Positions 13,401 through 25,300 of a DNA stretch of 64,000 nt are shown here, piece by piece. The DNA comes from Macrostomum lignano. Taxonomy: Eukaryota. The position numbers and the translations under genes were made by a program. The stretch's first letter is position 1. The number at the start of each line of letters is the position of its first letter. A model generated the notes under the pieces. It was not told the DNA's origin. It saw nothing but the letters and a program-made list of their open reading frames with translations, and searched no databases. The DNA is taken from NCBI GenBank assembly GCA_002269645.1, contig NIVC01001252.1, positions 124,001 to 188,000 on the forward strand, written 5' to 3'.

Positions 13401-13985
13401 GCTTTTAGTTCCTCCCCACTCTCTGTACAGCAGCCCCCTCACTCCTTGTCCCTCGCCCGCCAATCAAATTGCTTTTAGACCCTCCCCACTCTCTGTACAG
13501 CAGCCCCCTCACTCCTTGTCCCTCGCCCGCCAATCAAATTGCTTTTAGACCCTCCCCACTCTCTGTACAGCAGCCCCCTCACTCCTTGTCCCTCGCCCGC
13601 CAATCAAATTGCTTTTAGACCCTCCCCACTCTCTGTACAGCAGCCCCCTCACTCCTTGTCCCTCGCCCGCCAATCAAATTGCTTTTAGACCCTCCCCACT
13701 CTCTGTACAGCAGCCCCCTCACTCCTTGTCCCTCGCCCGCCAATCAAATCGCTTTTAGACCCTCCCCACTCTCTGTACAGCAGCCCCCTCACTCCTTGTC
13801 CCTCGCCCGCCAATCAAATTGCTTTTAGACCCTCCCCACTCTCTGTACAGCAGCCCCCTCACTCCTTGTCCCTCGCCCGCCAATCAAATTGCTTTTAGAC
13901 CCTCCCCACTCTCTGTACAGCAGCCCCCTCACTCCTTGTCCCTCGCCCGCCAATCAAATTGCTTTTAGACCCTCCCAACTCTCTG
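13401..13985. repeat. 70-bp near-perfect tandem repeat directly upstream of the protocadherin ATG exon
   Basis: GCTTTTAG recurs every 70 bp (13401, 13471 ... 13961), about 8.5 copies. Each unit has CGCCCGCC followed by CCAATC. Confidence 0.95.
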
Positions 13986-14092
13986 TAAAGCAGCCGCCTC
14001 TGCAGCCACTTCCTTCCAGCCAATCAACTCGCTCCCAGCCTGATCCTCATCAAGAGCTCAATCAACCTTGCTAAACGCAGACAAATGCGAAG

Positions 14093-17000
14093 ATGCCGCT
14101 TCCATGTCTGCCGCTGCTGCTACTGTTGCTTCTTAATCCGCTGCCGTCCCGAGGGGTCGCCTCCGCGCGATTCGCTCTGACCACGCCAGAGGAAACGGCG
14201 CCGCCGTACAGCTTGGGCAACGCAGCCGACTACCTTGGCGGCAGCTTCGCCGGAATTGGCAGCGGCGAAGGCGGAGGCAACGGCAGCCTCCGCTACGCGA
14301 TGGAGAGTCGCGACCCATTCGTCGATGTCCACCCAACCAGCGGAAACATTCGTCTGCTGTTTCGAATCGACCTGGAGTCCATGTGCCGCCAGCAATTGCG
14401 AATGAGCGCCTCCACGAGCTGCCCGCGCGGCGCCGAGGTCGGTCAGCACCGGTTCACCATCGCAGTTCGCCGCGAGTCCGCATCATCTGGCGCCAGCGCT
14501 GCCGCAGCCTCGCCAATTGTCCGACTATCGTTTCTACTGAACATCACGGACGTCAACGATCATTCGCCGCAATTCCCAGCCAACACTGTCGACATTCGCC
14601 GCGACGAGTCGGTGTGCATCGTCATCCCGCAGCCGTGCCAGAATCGGCGAATTGACTTGCCGGTAGCCGAGGACGCCGACTATTCGGGGGAGTTCAGCCG
14701 GGTCGCCTACGCAGTCGCGCCGGAGAGCATGAGCCCCGAGACCGCCGAGACCTTCGAGCTCAAGATGGACGACTTCGGGGCGCCGTTTCTCTATCTGCTG
14801 CGCGGCCTGGATGCAGAGAGGCGCCAATTCTATCAGTTTGACCTGCTGGCCCGGGACAGCCGCGGCCGGGAGGGCCGGACCCACGTGCGCGTCACCGTGC
14901 AGGACGACAACGACAACAGCCCGAAGTTCGAGACGCGCCACACCGTCATGTCCGTCAGCGAGAGCCAGCCGGTTGGCTCCATCGTAGTCAAGGTGAGGGC
15001 GCGGGGACCGGGGTAGAGGGAATGGGGGCGGAAGTCGGTGGAGATGGGGCGGAAGTCGGTGGAGATGGGGCGGAAGTCGGTGGAGATGGGGGCGGAAGTC
15101 AGTGGAGATGGGGGCGGAAGTTGTGAAAGTGAGATCAGAGATGGAAATGAGGTGAGATCAGAGATGAAAATGAGCTGAGATCAGAGACGGAAGTGAGGTG
15201 AGATCAGAGACGGAAGTGAGGTGAGATCAGAGACGGAAGTGAGGTGAGATCAGAGATGGAAATGATCTGAGATCAGAGACGGAAGTGACCTGAGATAGAC
15301 ACGGAAGTGAGGTGAGATCAGAGATGTGAACTGTGTGGTACCAGTGGAGAACATTTTTAAAACCGAGATGCTCTCTGAGATTTTGTTGCTGATTAAAATG
15401 CAAGGCTAAGAGTCTCAGTCAGGGCGCATTCCCATCACTTATGATTCCCCAGTCCCCGGAACCCCTCTCCAGACCTCGATTGAGCCATAATAAAAATTAA
15501 AAAATTGCTCTCAGACACGAGCCATCTCTTCCCCTACCGCAGCCATCGCCTCGATAAACGCGTGAATTTTCAGAAAAAATAGATTTTTTTGGAAAATGAA
15601 TAAAATTATTTAATAAAAATATTTCGTCCCCCACGCCAGCTTTATCTCTCATCTCGCCCTCACCTGCCCATTTTTTGAGGGGGGGGGGTGGGGGTCGATC
15701 AATCTCTTCATAGGCGTCTAACAGTCGGCCACGACGCAGCATTCTGGTTGGCAACGGTAGCTCTAAAGTCCCCCTAAGCCACACCCACCCACCCCCCCCC
15801 CCGACAAAAAATTGAGGAACTAAGAGAAAAGGATTTTCAGTATAGGGAGGTTGCAGCTTTGCCGCCGCCGCCGCCGCCGCAACTGCGCTGGGCCCGCGAG
15901 GCGCCAGCCGGGGCACCCATCCATCAAAATTGGATAAACCAATCTACAGGCTTACTGTGTCCACCGCCTCCCCCAGAGAGACAGACAGACAGGCAGCCAC
16001 TAGAGAGAGGAGGATGGAGATGGCACACGCGAGCAGTGCTGGACCGATATGCCCACAGAGCACAAATCTATGCAGAGATAGTGCGAGTGATCCCTGATTT
16101 ATCCTCCCTTGCTCAGCTCCACTTTCACTCAAACAAAACTGCCCAACCAGTTGAATGAAAACTGCATAGTTATTGCTGGGGTGGCCTGGCTAAAGCGTAG
16201 TCCAGGTGTTTCCTAACTGGGATTAATTTCCTGGGAGAAATTCAGATCGCTGGGACCTTGCCGAGTGTTTCAAGTGTCTTTGCTGACTCCAATTCTGTCT
16301 GCGAGTCAAGAGGCAGCTATATTCCTTATTTACCTTGAGTCCGTCTGACTCAGAAGAAAAAGAAGAAGTATTATTGCAACATAAATAGCTTCATTTTCTT
16401 TTTGGGTCATCCGATTTGCCCTTCATTTTGTAAGCAAGGAGTCAATGTACTCGTGTACTACCATTACAAAATCCAATTGCACAACCTAAACTCTAATTGC
16501 ACAACCTAAACTCTAATTGCACAGCCTAAACTCTAATTGATTGCGCAACCAAAACTCCAATTGCACAACCAAAACTCCAATTGCACAACCAAAACTCCAA
16601 TTGCACAACCAAAACTCCAATTGCACAACCAAAACTCCAATTGCACAACCAAAACTCCAATTGCACAACCAAAACTCGAATTACACAACCTAAACTCCAA
16701 TTGCACAATCTAAACTCCAATTGCACAACCTAAACTCGAATTACACAACCTAAACTCCAATTGCACAACCTAAACTCCAATTGCACAACCTAAACTCCAA
16801 TTGCACAACCTAAACTCCAATTGCACAACCTAAACTCGAATTACACAACCTAAACTCCAATTACACAACCTAAACTCGAATTACACAACCTAAACTCCAA
16901 TTACACAACCTAAACTCTGACTACACAACCTAAACTCCAATTACACAACCTAAACTCGAATTACACAACCTAAACTCCAATTGTACAACCTAAACTCTGA

Positions 17001-20000
17001 CTACACAACCTAAACTCCAATTACACAACCTAAACTCCAATTACACAACCTAAACTCTGACTACACAACCTAAACTCTAATTGCACAACCTAAACTCGAA
17101 TTACACAACCTAAACTCCAATTGTACAACCTAAACTCTGACTACACAACCTAAACTCCAATTGCACAACCTAAACTCCAATTACACAACCTAAACTCCAA
17201 TTACACAACCTAAACTCTGACTACACAACCTAAACTCCAATTGCACAACCTAAACTCAAATTACACAACCTAAACTCCAATTGCACAACCTAAACTCTGA
17301 CTACACAACCTAAACTCCAATTGCACAACCTAAACTCGAATTACACAACCTAAACTCCAATTGCACAACCTAAACTCGAATTACACAACCTAAACTCCAA
17401 TTGCACAACCTAAACTCCGGTTGCAGCTGGTCGCAACAGACGCCGACCTGCACCACAAGTTGAGCTACTCCATCGATGCCGGCTCGCCAGAGGAGTCCCG
17501 ACGACATTTCAGCGTCCTGCAGGACGGCAGCGTGGTGATCAAGCAGCCGTTGGACTACGAGGCCCAGGCGGAGCACCAGTTCCTCGTTCGCGTCGACGAC
17601 GGTCGATTTGACGACAAAGCCACGGTGCGCGTGCGCGTGCTGGATGCCAACGACAACCCGCCGGAGTACACGGAGACCGGACCATTCCAGGTGGATGAGG
17701 GCGCACCGACCAACCAGCTCGTTGGCAGCGTGAGAGCCTCCGACAGGGACACCGGGCCGGGCGGCCAGGTGCACTGCTCGCCAATTGACGACGCCGAGAG
17801 CAGCGGCCTCCGTCTGGTTCCCAGCGACGTCGGCGTGGCGAATGTGTTCAACATCCTGACTGTGCGCAGCTTTGATCGGGAGCAGCATCCCGTGGCTCTG
17901 GCCCGGCTTGCCTGCGCAGACAGCGGCCAGCCCAGCCTCAGCAGCACGCACACGGCCACCGTCCGGATCCTGGATCTTAACGACAACTCGCCCGTTTTCT
18001 TGGACGCGGACAAGTGGGGCCAAATTGGAGTCAGCGTGTCCGAGGCCCGACAGCCGGGCGCCAAAGTGACGCAACTGCGAGCGCACGACCTGGACGAGGG
18101 CAAAAACGCCCTGCTGGCCTACCGCCTGATCGACGACGGAACCGGTGACGCCAGATTCTTCGCCGTCGACAGCGCCAGCGGGATGCTGCGCGCCGCGGTC
18201 AGTCTGGACAGAGAGACGCGCGCCACCTACCAGATCCGGGTAGAAGCCGCCGACTCAGGCCAGCCACCGCGCAGTGCCGTGGTAGTTATCCGCGTCAGGG
18301 TCCGGGATGTCAACGACAACGCGCCGGAGTTCGTCGGGCCGCGAGAGCTCGCGCTGCCGGAGAACACGGAGCCACCCGTGGTTCTGGGACGTCTGAACGC
18401 CACTGACGCTGACGAGGGTGAGGAGTGCAATTAATTCTTGGCAGTACATGCACCTCTGCAGTATCTACACTGCAGCACTCATTGTTTGGCTGACAAGGAT
18501 TTAGACGTCGACTCTCGCGCCATGACCCTTGGTTTGATTCCATGCAAGCCACATTCATTTGGGGCTTGAAGGAGTTGCGTTAGGGTGCCCACAGCTCTTC
18601 TCAAAGTTATTGAAATATTCTTAAGTACGCTCGTAGCATCTCCACCCCTTCCCTGTGCAGGTGTCAACTCCCAGGTGTTATTCACGCTTGTGCAGCCGAC
18701 TCCGGACTCATCGCCGCTGTTCCGCGTGGATCCGGACGGCACCGTCACGGTGCTTCGTCGGCTGGACCGCGAGCAGCTCAGCCAGCACCACCTGACCGTT
18801 CGGCTTGCCGACCGCGGCCAGCCGCCAAAGCTAACCGACGCCCAGCTGACCGTCCGCGTGCTGGACGAGAACGACTCTCCGCCGAGGATTGTTCAGCCGG
18901 CACCGAACTCCAGCGCCCCGGCCGCGCGAATCAGCATCTACACGCATCCGCCTGGCAAGCCGGTGCTCACCGTCCGCGCCGACGACGCCGACGAAGGCGC
19001 CAACGCTCGCATAGAATTCTCCCTGGCTGCGCCCGACGCTTTCCCGCCGCGGTTCGGCGTCGACGCGGCAACCGGCCAGGTGCGGGTGGCTCGCGAGCTC
19101 GGCTTGGCTGATGTTCGCCGTCATCGCCTGCTGGTGAGGGCCAGCAACCCAGGCACGAGCCTGGCCGATACTGCTGTGCGTACGAACTCTTCGCTTTCGT
19201 GTCCCGGTTTCCATTGGAGGCATCCAAGCTTATGCAGGATTAATTTATGCTATTGATTTTTAATTTTAGGCTACGAGCGTATGACGGAAAACAGAGATGA
19301 ACAACCAACCCTAAATCCCGTGGATGAACGAAAGAAATGGGTTGCTAGATGCTCAATTTATTTCAGGACTTGCTATAGACATGCCATATCACAGCGGCTT
19401 ACCGCACTCACAAAGGGGCTGAATGACACAGTGGTAAACGCGATTGACTCTCGCGCCACTACTCCCAGCTTCCCCCAACCCCAGACCCAAGGCACAGAGA
19501 GTGTACATGCCCGACGAGATAGGGTCGCGGTACACCATCCCTGTGTGTGCGTGTGTACGAGTATGCGTCTTTTTTGTACAATACGAATTATATTGTCCAT
19601 AAGCTTGTCTCTAGGGCTTTTAGGCTTGCCAGACAATATGTCTAACCTATCCCTCCTCACAGATTCTGCACATCGACGTGGACAATTCGGCTCCGACGGC
19701 CAGCCAGTCGGATGACGCGGAGCTGGCGGCCGCCCACACCAGGCGCAACGTCCTCATCATCGCCGTGCTGGCTGGCGTGTCCGCCGTCCTCGCCGTCACC
19801 CTCATCGTGGCCATCACCTGCGTCAATCAGCCCTGCGGCGACGTTGGCAGCCAACTGACTCGCTTGATGGCTGCCGCAATGCGGCGGGGTAGGCGACAGC
19901 GGCGGCGCCAGAATCAGCGCCTCGGTGGTTCTCGAAAGTTCTCGCAGGCCTCGCTCTCCGAAGCTGGCTGCGGAGGCGGCGGCGGCAACGGAGGCGCCTC

Positions 20001-20913
20001 AACTCTCGACGGCCAGATCGATGAGATGTCTGGCCTGCAGCTGACGGACCCGGCCTGGACCACTGGCTTGCCAGACCCTCTGCTGTGCCGCACTCTTGAG
20101 GTAAAATACCCGTGCTGAACTTCTGCTGCTGGAGCGTGTTTCTATAATCATGCTGAAGCAGAAAGTAAACTTTGCAACCCCGAGTGTGACAAATGTGATT
20201 TCAAACTGAGTACCAAAGAACGTCATATCAGTTACGTTCCATTCATCGTGGAGCTCTGTTCTTCATAAGCTGTCTGCGCCAATCAAATTTCAGTTAGAAA
20301 GTCTCAACTGCCTCATCATTTTCAGTGCCACCGGCAGCTGCTCACGTTGCCCAGCAGCTGCGGCCACCGCTGCCAACAACAGCGACGCTGCCAGCATGTC
20401 GACGGCAGTGCCGGCAGTCGCAAACCGCTGCCCAGGCCGGCATCGGCGGCTTTCGTGCACCAGCAGCCGCACCAGCACCATCCGGCAGCCAGCAGCTACT
20501 GGCTTCAGCAGATTAGCGAGGACTCCGTCAGTCCGCCCTCGGCAGCGGGCACCCTGACGACGTCAACGGACGTCACGGAAGTGTCCCGGTGTTCGACTAG
20601 CGCCGCGGCAGCTGCTGCAATTGACGGCGCCCAGTCTGATAGCGGCCGGGGCTGCTCAGACGAGGATCTATCGTGGCCCCCGGCTCCGTCCGCTGGCGCC
20701 GCGTGCCAGACGACGCTTCAACCGACAGCGGCGCTAAAGGCCGCATTTGGCCGACGGCTTCAGCAACAGCAGCCGCAGCAGCCGCAGTCAACCTCGTTGG
20801 CGCTTGGCATCGATGGCAGGCAGCTGGCCCAGAATTCGTTGGGTCGGTCCAACTCCGCTGAGCAAGCGTGTCGCCAGATTGACACCCTGTTCTTTGGCGA
20901 TCTCAACACCTGA
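14093..20913 (+). CDS. Protocadherin, delta1-like (7 extracellular cadherin repeats, TM, cytoplasmic tail), ~1143 aa, 5 exons
   Basis: Exons 14093-14992, 17427-18417, 18661-19175, 19663-20100, 20326-20913 join in frame (phases 0,1,0,0) with GT-AG ends. Signal peptide MPLPCLPLLLLLLL. Calcium-binding linkers DVNDHSP, DDNDNSP, DANDNPP, DLNDNSP, DVNDNAP, DENDSPP, plus a seventh repeat ending ILHIDVD. DxD and LDRE/LDYE motifs. TM NVLIIAVLAGVSAVLAVTLIVAITCV. CM1-like motif DSGRGCSD in the tail. Confidence 0.92.
15025..15325. repeat. 21-bp and 23-bp minisatellites containing CGGAAGT (ETS-like core)
   Basis: GGGGCGGAAGTCGGTGGAGAT repeats, then GTGAGATCAGAGACGGAAGTGAG repeats, at the 5' end of protocadherin intron 1. 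Confidence 0.9.
16470..17418. repeat. 20-bp minisatellite TTGCACAACCTAAACTCCAA
   Basis: About 47 copies running up to the acceptor of protocadherin exon 2. Confidence 0.95.
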
Positions 20914-22352
20914 AATGTTTATTACGAGTATATTACAATCGAAGCAAAATCGAAACAAGTTTTATATTTCCTTGCATTAAGTATACAATATTGATACCAA
21001 TTTGTTTGTCGTTGTCAGTGAGGCCTACTATATTTACATATCCAACCAGCATTATCTCCAGCTCTTGGTTTTATGCAACGCCTGACTCAAATTTAACTCG
21101 TCATACTTCTGAATGCATAGATTGTACGCTTGCATTTTATTGGTACAATTTTCAGGTAAATGCCATCGTCTATTGCCAGAACGTACTTTACCTATTCAAA
21201 CACCTTGTCTATTGAAATATTTTTGAGAGTCACAATTTTGGTCGAATCGTGTGGTCCAGCTTTTTGTTCTCGAACCAACTCACCAACTCTGAAGCTATTT
21301 GAACAATGAATTCTTTCCTCTAATCAAATTTCCATTAGTATTCCTCAGCTAAGAATTATATTGTTCAACTGTTTTTTGCTATTTGTTTATTGTGCACAAT
21401 TTTTACATGTAAATAAATAAATACTTTTATGGTATTCGAACAAAGCGATTTACATACGCTCGTCACATGTCAGTCACTATTATTGGATAGCAGATTGGCT
21501 GAATACCTAGCTACGGATGTAATGCTAGCATTTTTTTTTTGCTTCTTGACGTCGGGATTTATTTGAAAAAAGGAGGCTGCTTCATTGTTCAATTGGGAAA
21601 AGATCGACGGAAGGATTAGAGAAATAGCTAAAATAACCAGTCATGCTTCTCAACCTACGCTTAAAATAGAGCAAGTATAAAAGTTTTCTGATTGTTTCTG
21701 TATTATTATTAGACAGTTACGTATGTACGCTCGTATATAAATCTTTCTATTCATACACGCATTGACTTTGTAATACTGCATGGACTTGTTGCAAACAGCA
21801 GGTTTGTTGCACAATGATAAAGTAGTGCACAATCAGTGTGTACCATTTTAATTACCAGATGTATAACTTAAAATCATTCATATCTTAAGCATAGCGTACT
21901 TTATTACATTAATAATTAGTAATGAAATATTAGTGTACTGATTCACTTGTTTCTCAGATATTGATTGTCTACGTTTACTGGCCATTGCAAATTGGATGCG
22001 CTCAACGCTTAGCCAGAGTAAAAGCTTAATTTTATTTATTTTAGTTAGCAATTTCCTGTCAACCATTTTTTTCATAAGAATAGTTCGTTACATATTTAAG
22101 CGAAATATATTTGTTAAAGGTCTGTACGTACTCAAATGGAAAACATTCCTCGAAACCGTGCGAAAAATGCTTTAGCGAATGTACGACAATAAATTGCTAT
22201 CGAAGTTTTTTTTCGATTATCTAATCTATTAGAGTTAAATTTTCCTAGTAAGAATCATCTGAGTAGCATAAGTGCATATTAAATTTTTACTCAAAACATA
22301 ACTACAGCATTTACCAGCATCACACAGCCGTAAGAAAAGTAGACAACGAAGT

Positions 22353-25300
22353 ATGAGGAATAAAGTCGGATTCTGTATAGCCTTCCTAATAGGACTTATA
22401 TATGCTATATTATTTATTGTCAAACTCTTGCTGTCATGTATTCTTTATGGCAAAAAAGCAGTTGCTAGTCCAAAGTTTCGAAGCAGACCAAAAGTTTTAA
22501 CAAAATGGCAATATGGAAAATCATGTTTTCTTCATCTGCAGGTAAGAAAGTTCTAATGATATAACCTTCATTGTCCTAGCCCTTCTTTTATTTTAAAACG
22601 ATTGCTGTGGCCTAAAGCTAAAGTGTTAATGACAATCATTCTGCTTTGATTTAAATAAAGTAGCTTAGACTGATATGCTATGCTAGGCCTATGGCCCTAT
22701 ATGTCTATACTATATTCTATGTATAGTATAAGTATATAAAACTAGGGCCTGCCTAGCAATCCAGTGCCCCCCTTTGGGCTGCGCAATAAGCAAGGAGCAA
22801 AAAGAGTTTTTGCTCAAGATTGATGATCAAGATTTCTTAGGAAAGCAAGCAAGGCAAGAATTCTCTCAGGATCCCAGTCTTTCCTACCTTGTCCCTTTTA
22901 AAAAACAGGGAGCAATTGCAGGTTTTCATGATAGACATAGACTTTAGGCCTAGTCATCTCAAACTAGTAACTATAGACATAACATCGATGCCTGCCATGT
23001 TACTGCAACATCTTATACTCGTGCAAGTTCAAATGTTTATTGATAGTAACTAACAACAATCACTATTTGCCAATTTGCCAAGGATTTCAATTGCAAACCA
23101 AACCATGCAAACCAATTTTTCTAATTTAGTCATTTCTTTGTTGAAGTAGTTAAAGTAGTTTAGCTACTTTAATACCATAGTATATGTAGTATCAAATTAT
23201 TTTTCATTTGAATTTGTACTAGTGCCAATCAACGATAGTGATAGATAGGCCTTATCTAATGCTAGTAGGCCTATATATCTGGTAAATGCTAAATAGGGAA
23301 AATAGCAAAAACATTTTATTAATAATTATACTAAAGCATAAAGCATTCTAAAGCATATTTTATCTCTGACAAAAATGCCTAGAGTAGGCCTATTAATCTA
23401 TAAATGGTTAACTATTGAATTCCTTTTTGGTTTATAGTAAGATAGAGAAGAGAGCTAAGACCTTTTAGTCTCCCTACAAAGTTAAATACAGTTGCATATT
23501 GATAGGAGAGAGACTACAATCTTTTCCCAAGGACGACTTAAGTAGAAGGACGGGAAACCTCGTTTCTTAGAAAATTTTTGAAGGCACTTTTTCCCGAAAA
23601 AATACATTACGGAGATAGGAAATTTTCATTTTTTCAGCACAAAAATTGCTATTACTTTTGATAGGAGGCAGATCCAGTGTTTATCTTTTGATATGTTGTG
23701 CCTTTTTTATAGCTCTATCGATATTTATAAAGCTTTTTGTTCAGAAAATTAGCTTTCTATGTTAATTTTTTATTCTACAGATATTTCCTATACCTGAAAA
23801 TCACAAAAATGCATGACACAGCTCCAATATTTGGTTTTATAAATCTATTTTATCATCTCTGTTATGAATATTTGCTACACAGTCAGTTAAGAATGACAAA
23901 ATAGACTCATAAAACCAAAGAGCTGAGCCGTGGCATTTTAATGTATTTCAAGCACAAGACGCGTGAAAATATACGTAGAATAAAAAATTAACATAGAAAG
24001 CTAATTTTCTGAACGAAAAGATTTATAAATATCGATATAGCAATAAAAAAGGCACAACATATCAAAAGATGAACACTGAATCTGCCTCCTATCAAAAGTA
24101 ATAGCAATTTTTGTGCTAAAAAAATGAATATTTCCTATCTCCGTAGTGTATTTTTTCGGGAAAAAGTGCCTTCAAAAATTTTCTAAGAAACAAGGTTTCC
24201 TGTCCTTCTACTTAAGTCGTCCTTGTCTTTTCCACTATAGGCCTGAGCTTGGCAGTAGGCTTGGGGCTATAGAAAAATGTTTCCCAGGCATTAAATTTAA
24301 TCTTTGCATTAAATTCTTTACTTTTTGGAGAGACAGAAGGTAGTAGATAAAATGTCATCCATATTTTTCTGTATTTTTCTACGTATATATCTGCTAAAAT
24401 TTGACCTACATCTTTACAAATAGAGCCTATATATTCAATTTCATTCTACAATCATTTAAATATAGAAATTGTATTAAAATGGTTGTAGGAAAAAAGTAAG
24501 GAAGATCTATTTTGTTTTATAATCATCTATATTGTATAAAATTACATGTAATGGATTATAGTATAAGAAATAAAGTTGAATGTAATTTGCAAAGTAACAA
24601 ATTTTAGTTAGTCATTCTAGAGACAAAGTCCCAAGTAATGTCAGAATGTCAAAACTAAATATATAGGCTTATGTTCATATTTGACTTTTAGCATGTTTTG
24701 TGCAGACATGCATGTTTTCCTTCACATTCATCTTATGATCCCTTCAATAGAAATTAAATATATTCTATAATTAGATATAGTTTTATGATGAAAGTAATAG
24801 GTGGCACATATGTTTACACAAAAATATGTAGAAAAATAAACATGGAATAAAGCATGTGTTAAATTTGACTAAATTTGACTGACTGAAATTTGTTTGCTCA
24901 AAAACTGCATTCTTTTTTTACTTTTGTGCTACTGTTGCCTACATGTAATTTTACCATTGAGGTAATAGAAAAAAAAATAGATATCTTTCAATTTCATCTT
25001 ACAATCATTTATATATAATCTCTCCATCCATTTAAATGATCAAACAAAAGTGAATTTATAGGCCTCTATTGTTGGTTTTGCTGTTTTTTTGTTTGATTGT
25101 GATTCTTGAAGTGAAAATATGGAACAAAATACAATTATTATATGATAATCTTTTGATAAACTATAGATAAACTTTGATAACTTGATAAACTCACAGACAT
25201 CTAGAATCAATATTTCTATTTTTATTCAATATTAATATTATTGTTTTTGCTATTATTGTCACTTGCAACAAAGCAAAGTTCAACATAATATATTTATCAA

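Noticed and set aside
17370-19227. Antisense ORFs over the protocadherin exons (also 14120-14941)
   Set aside because: Shadow ORFs caused by high GC3 codon bias on the coding strand.
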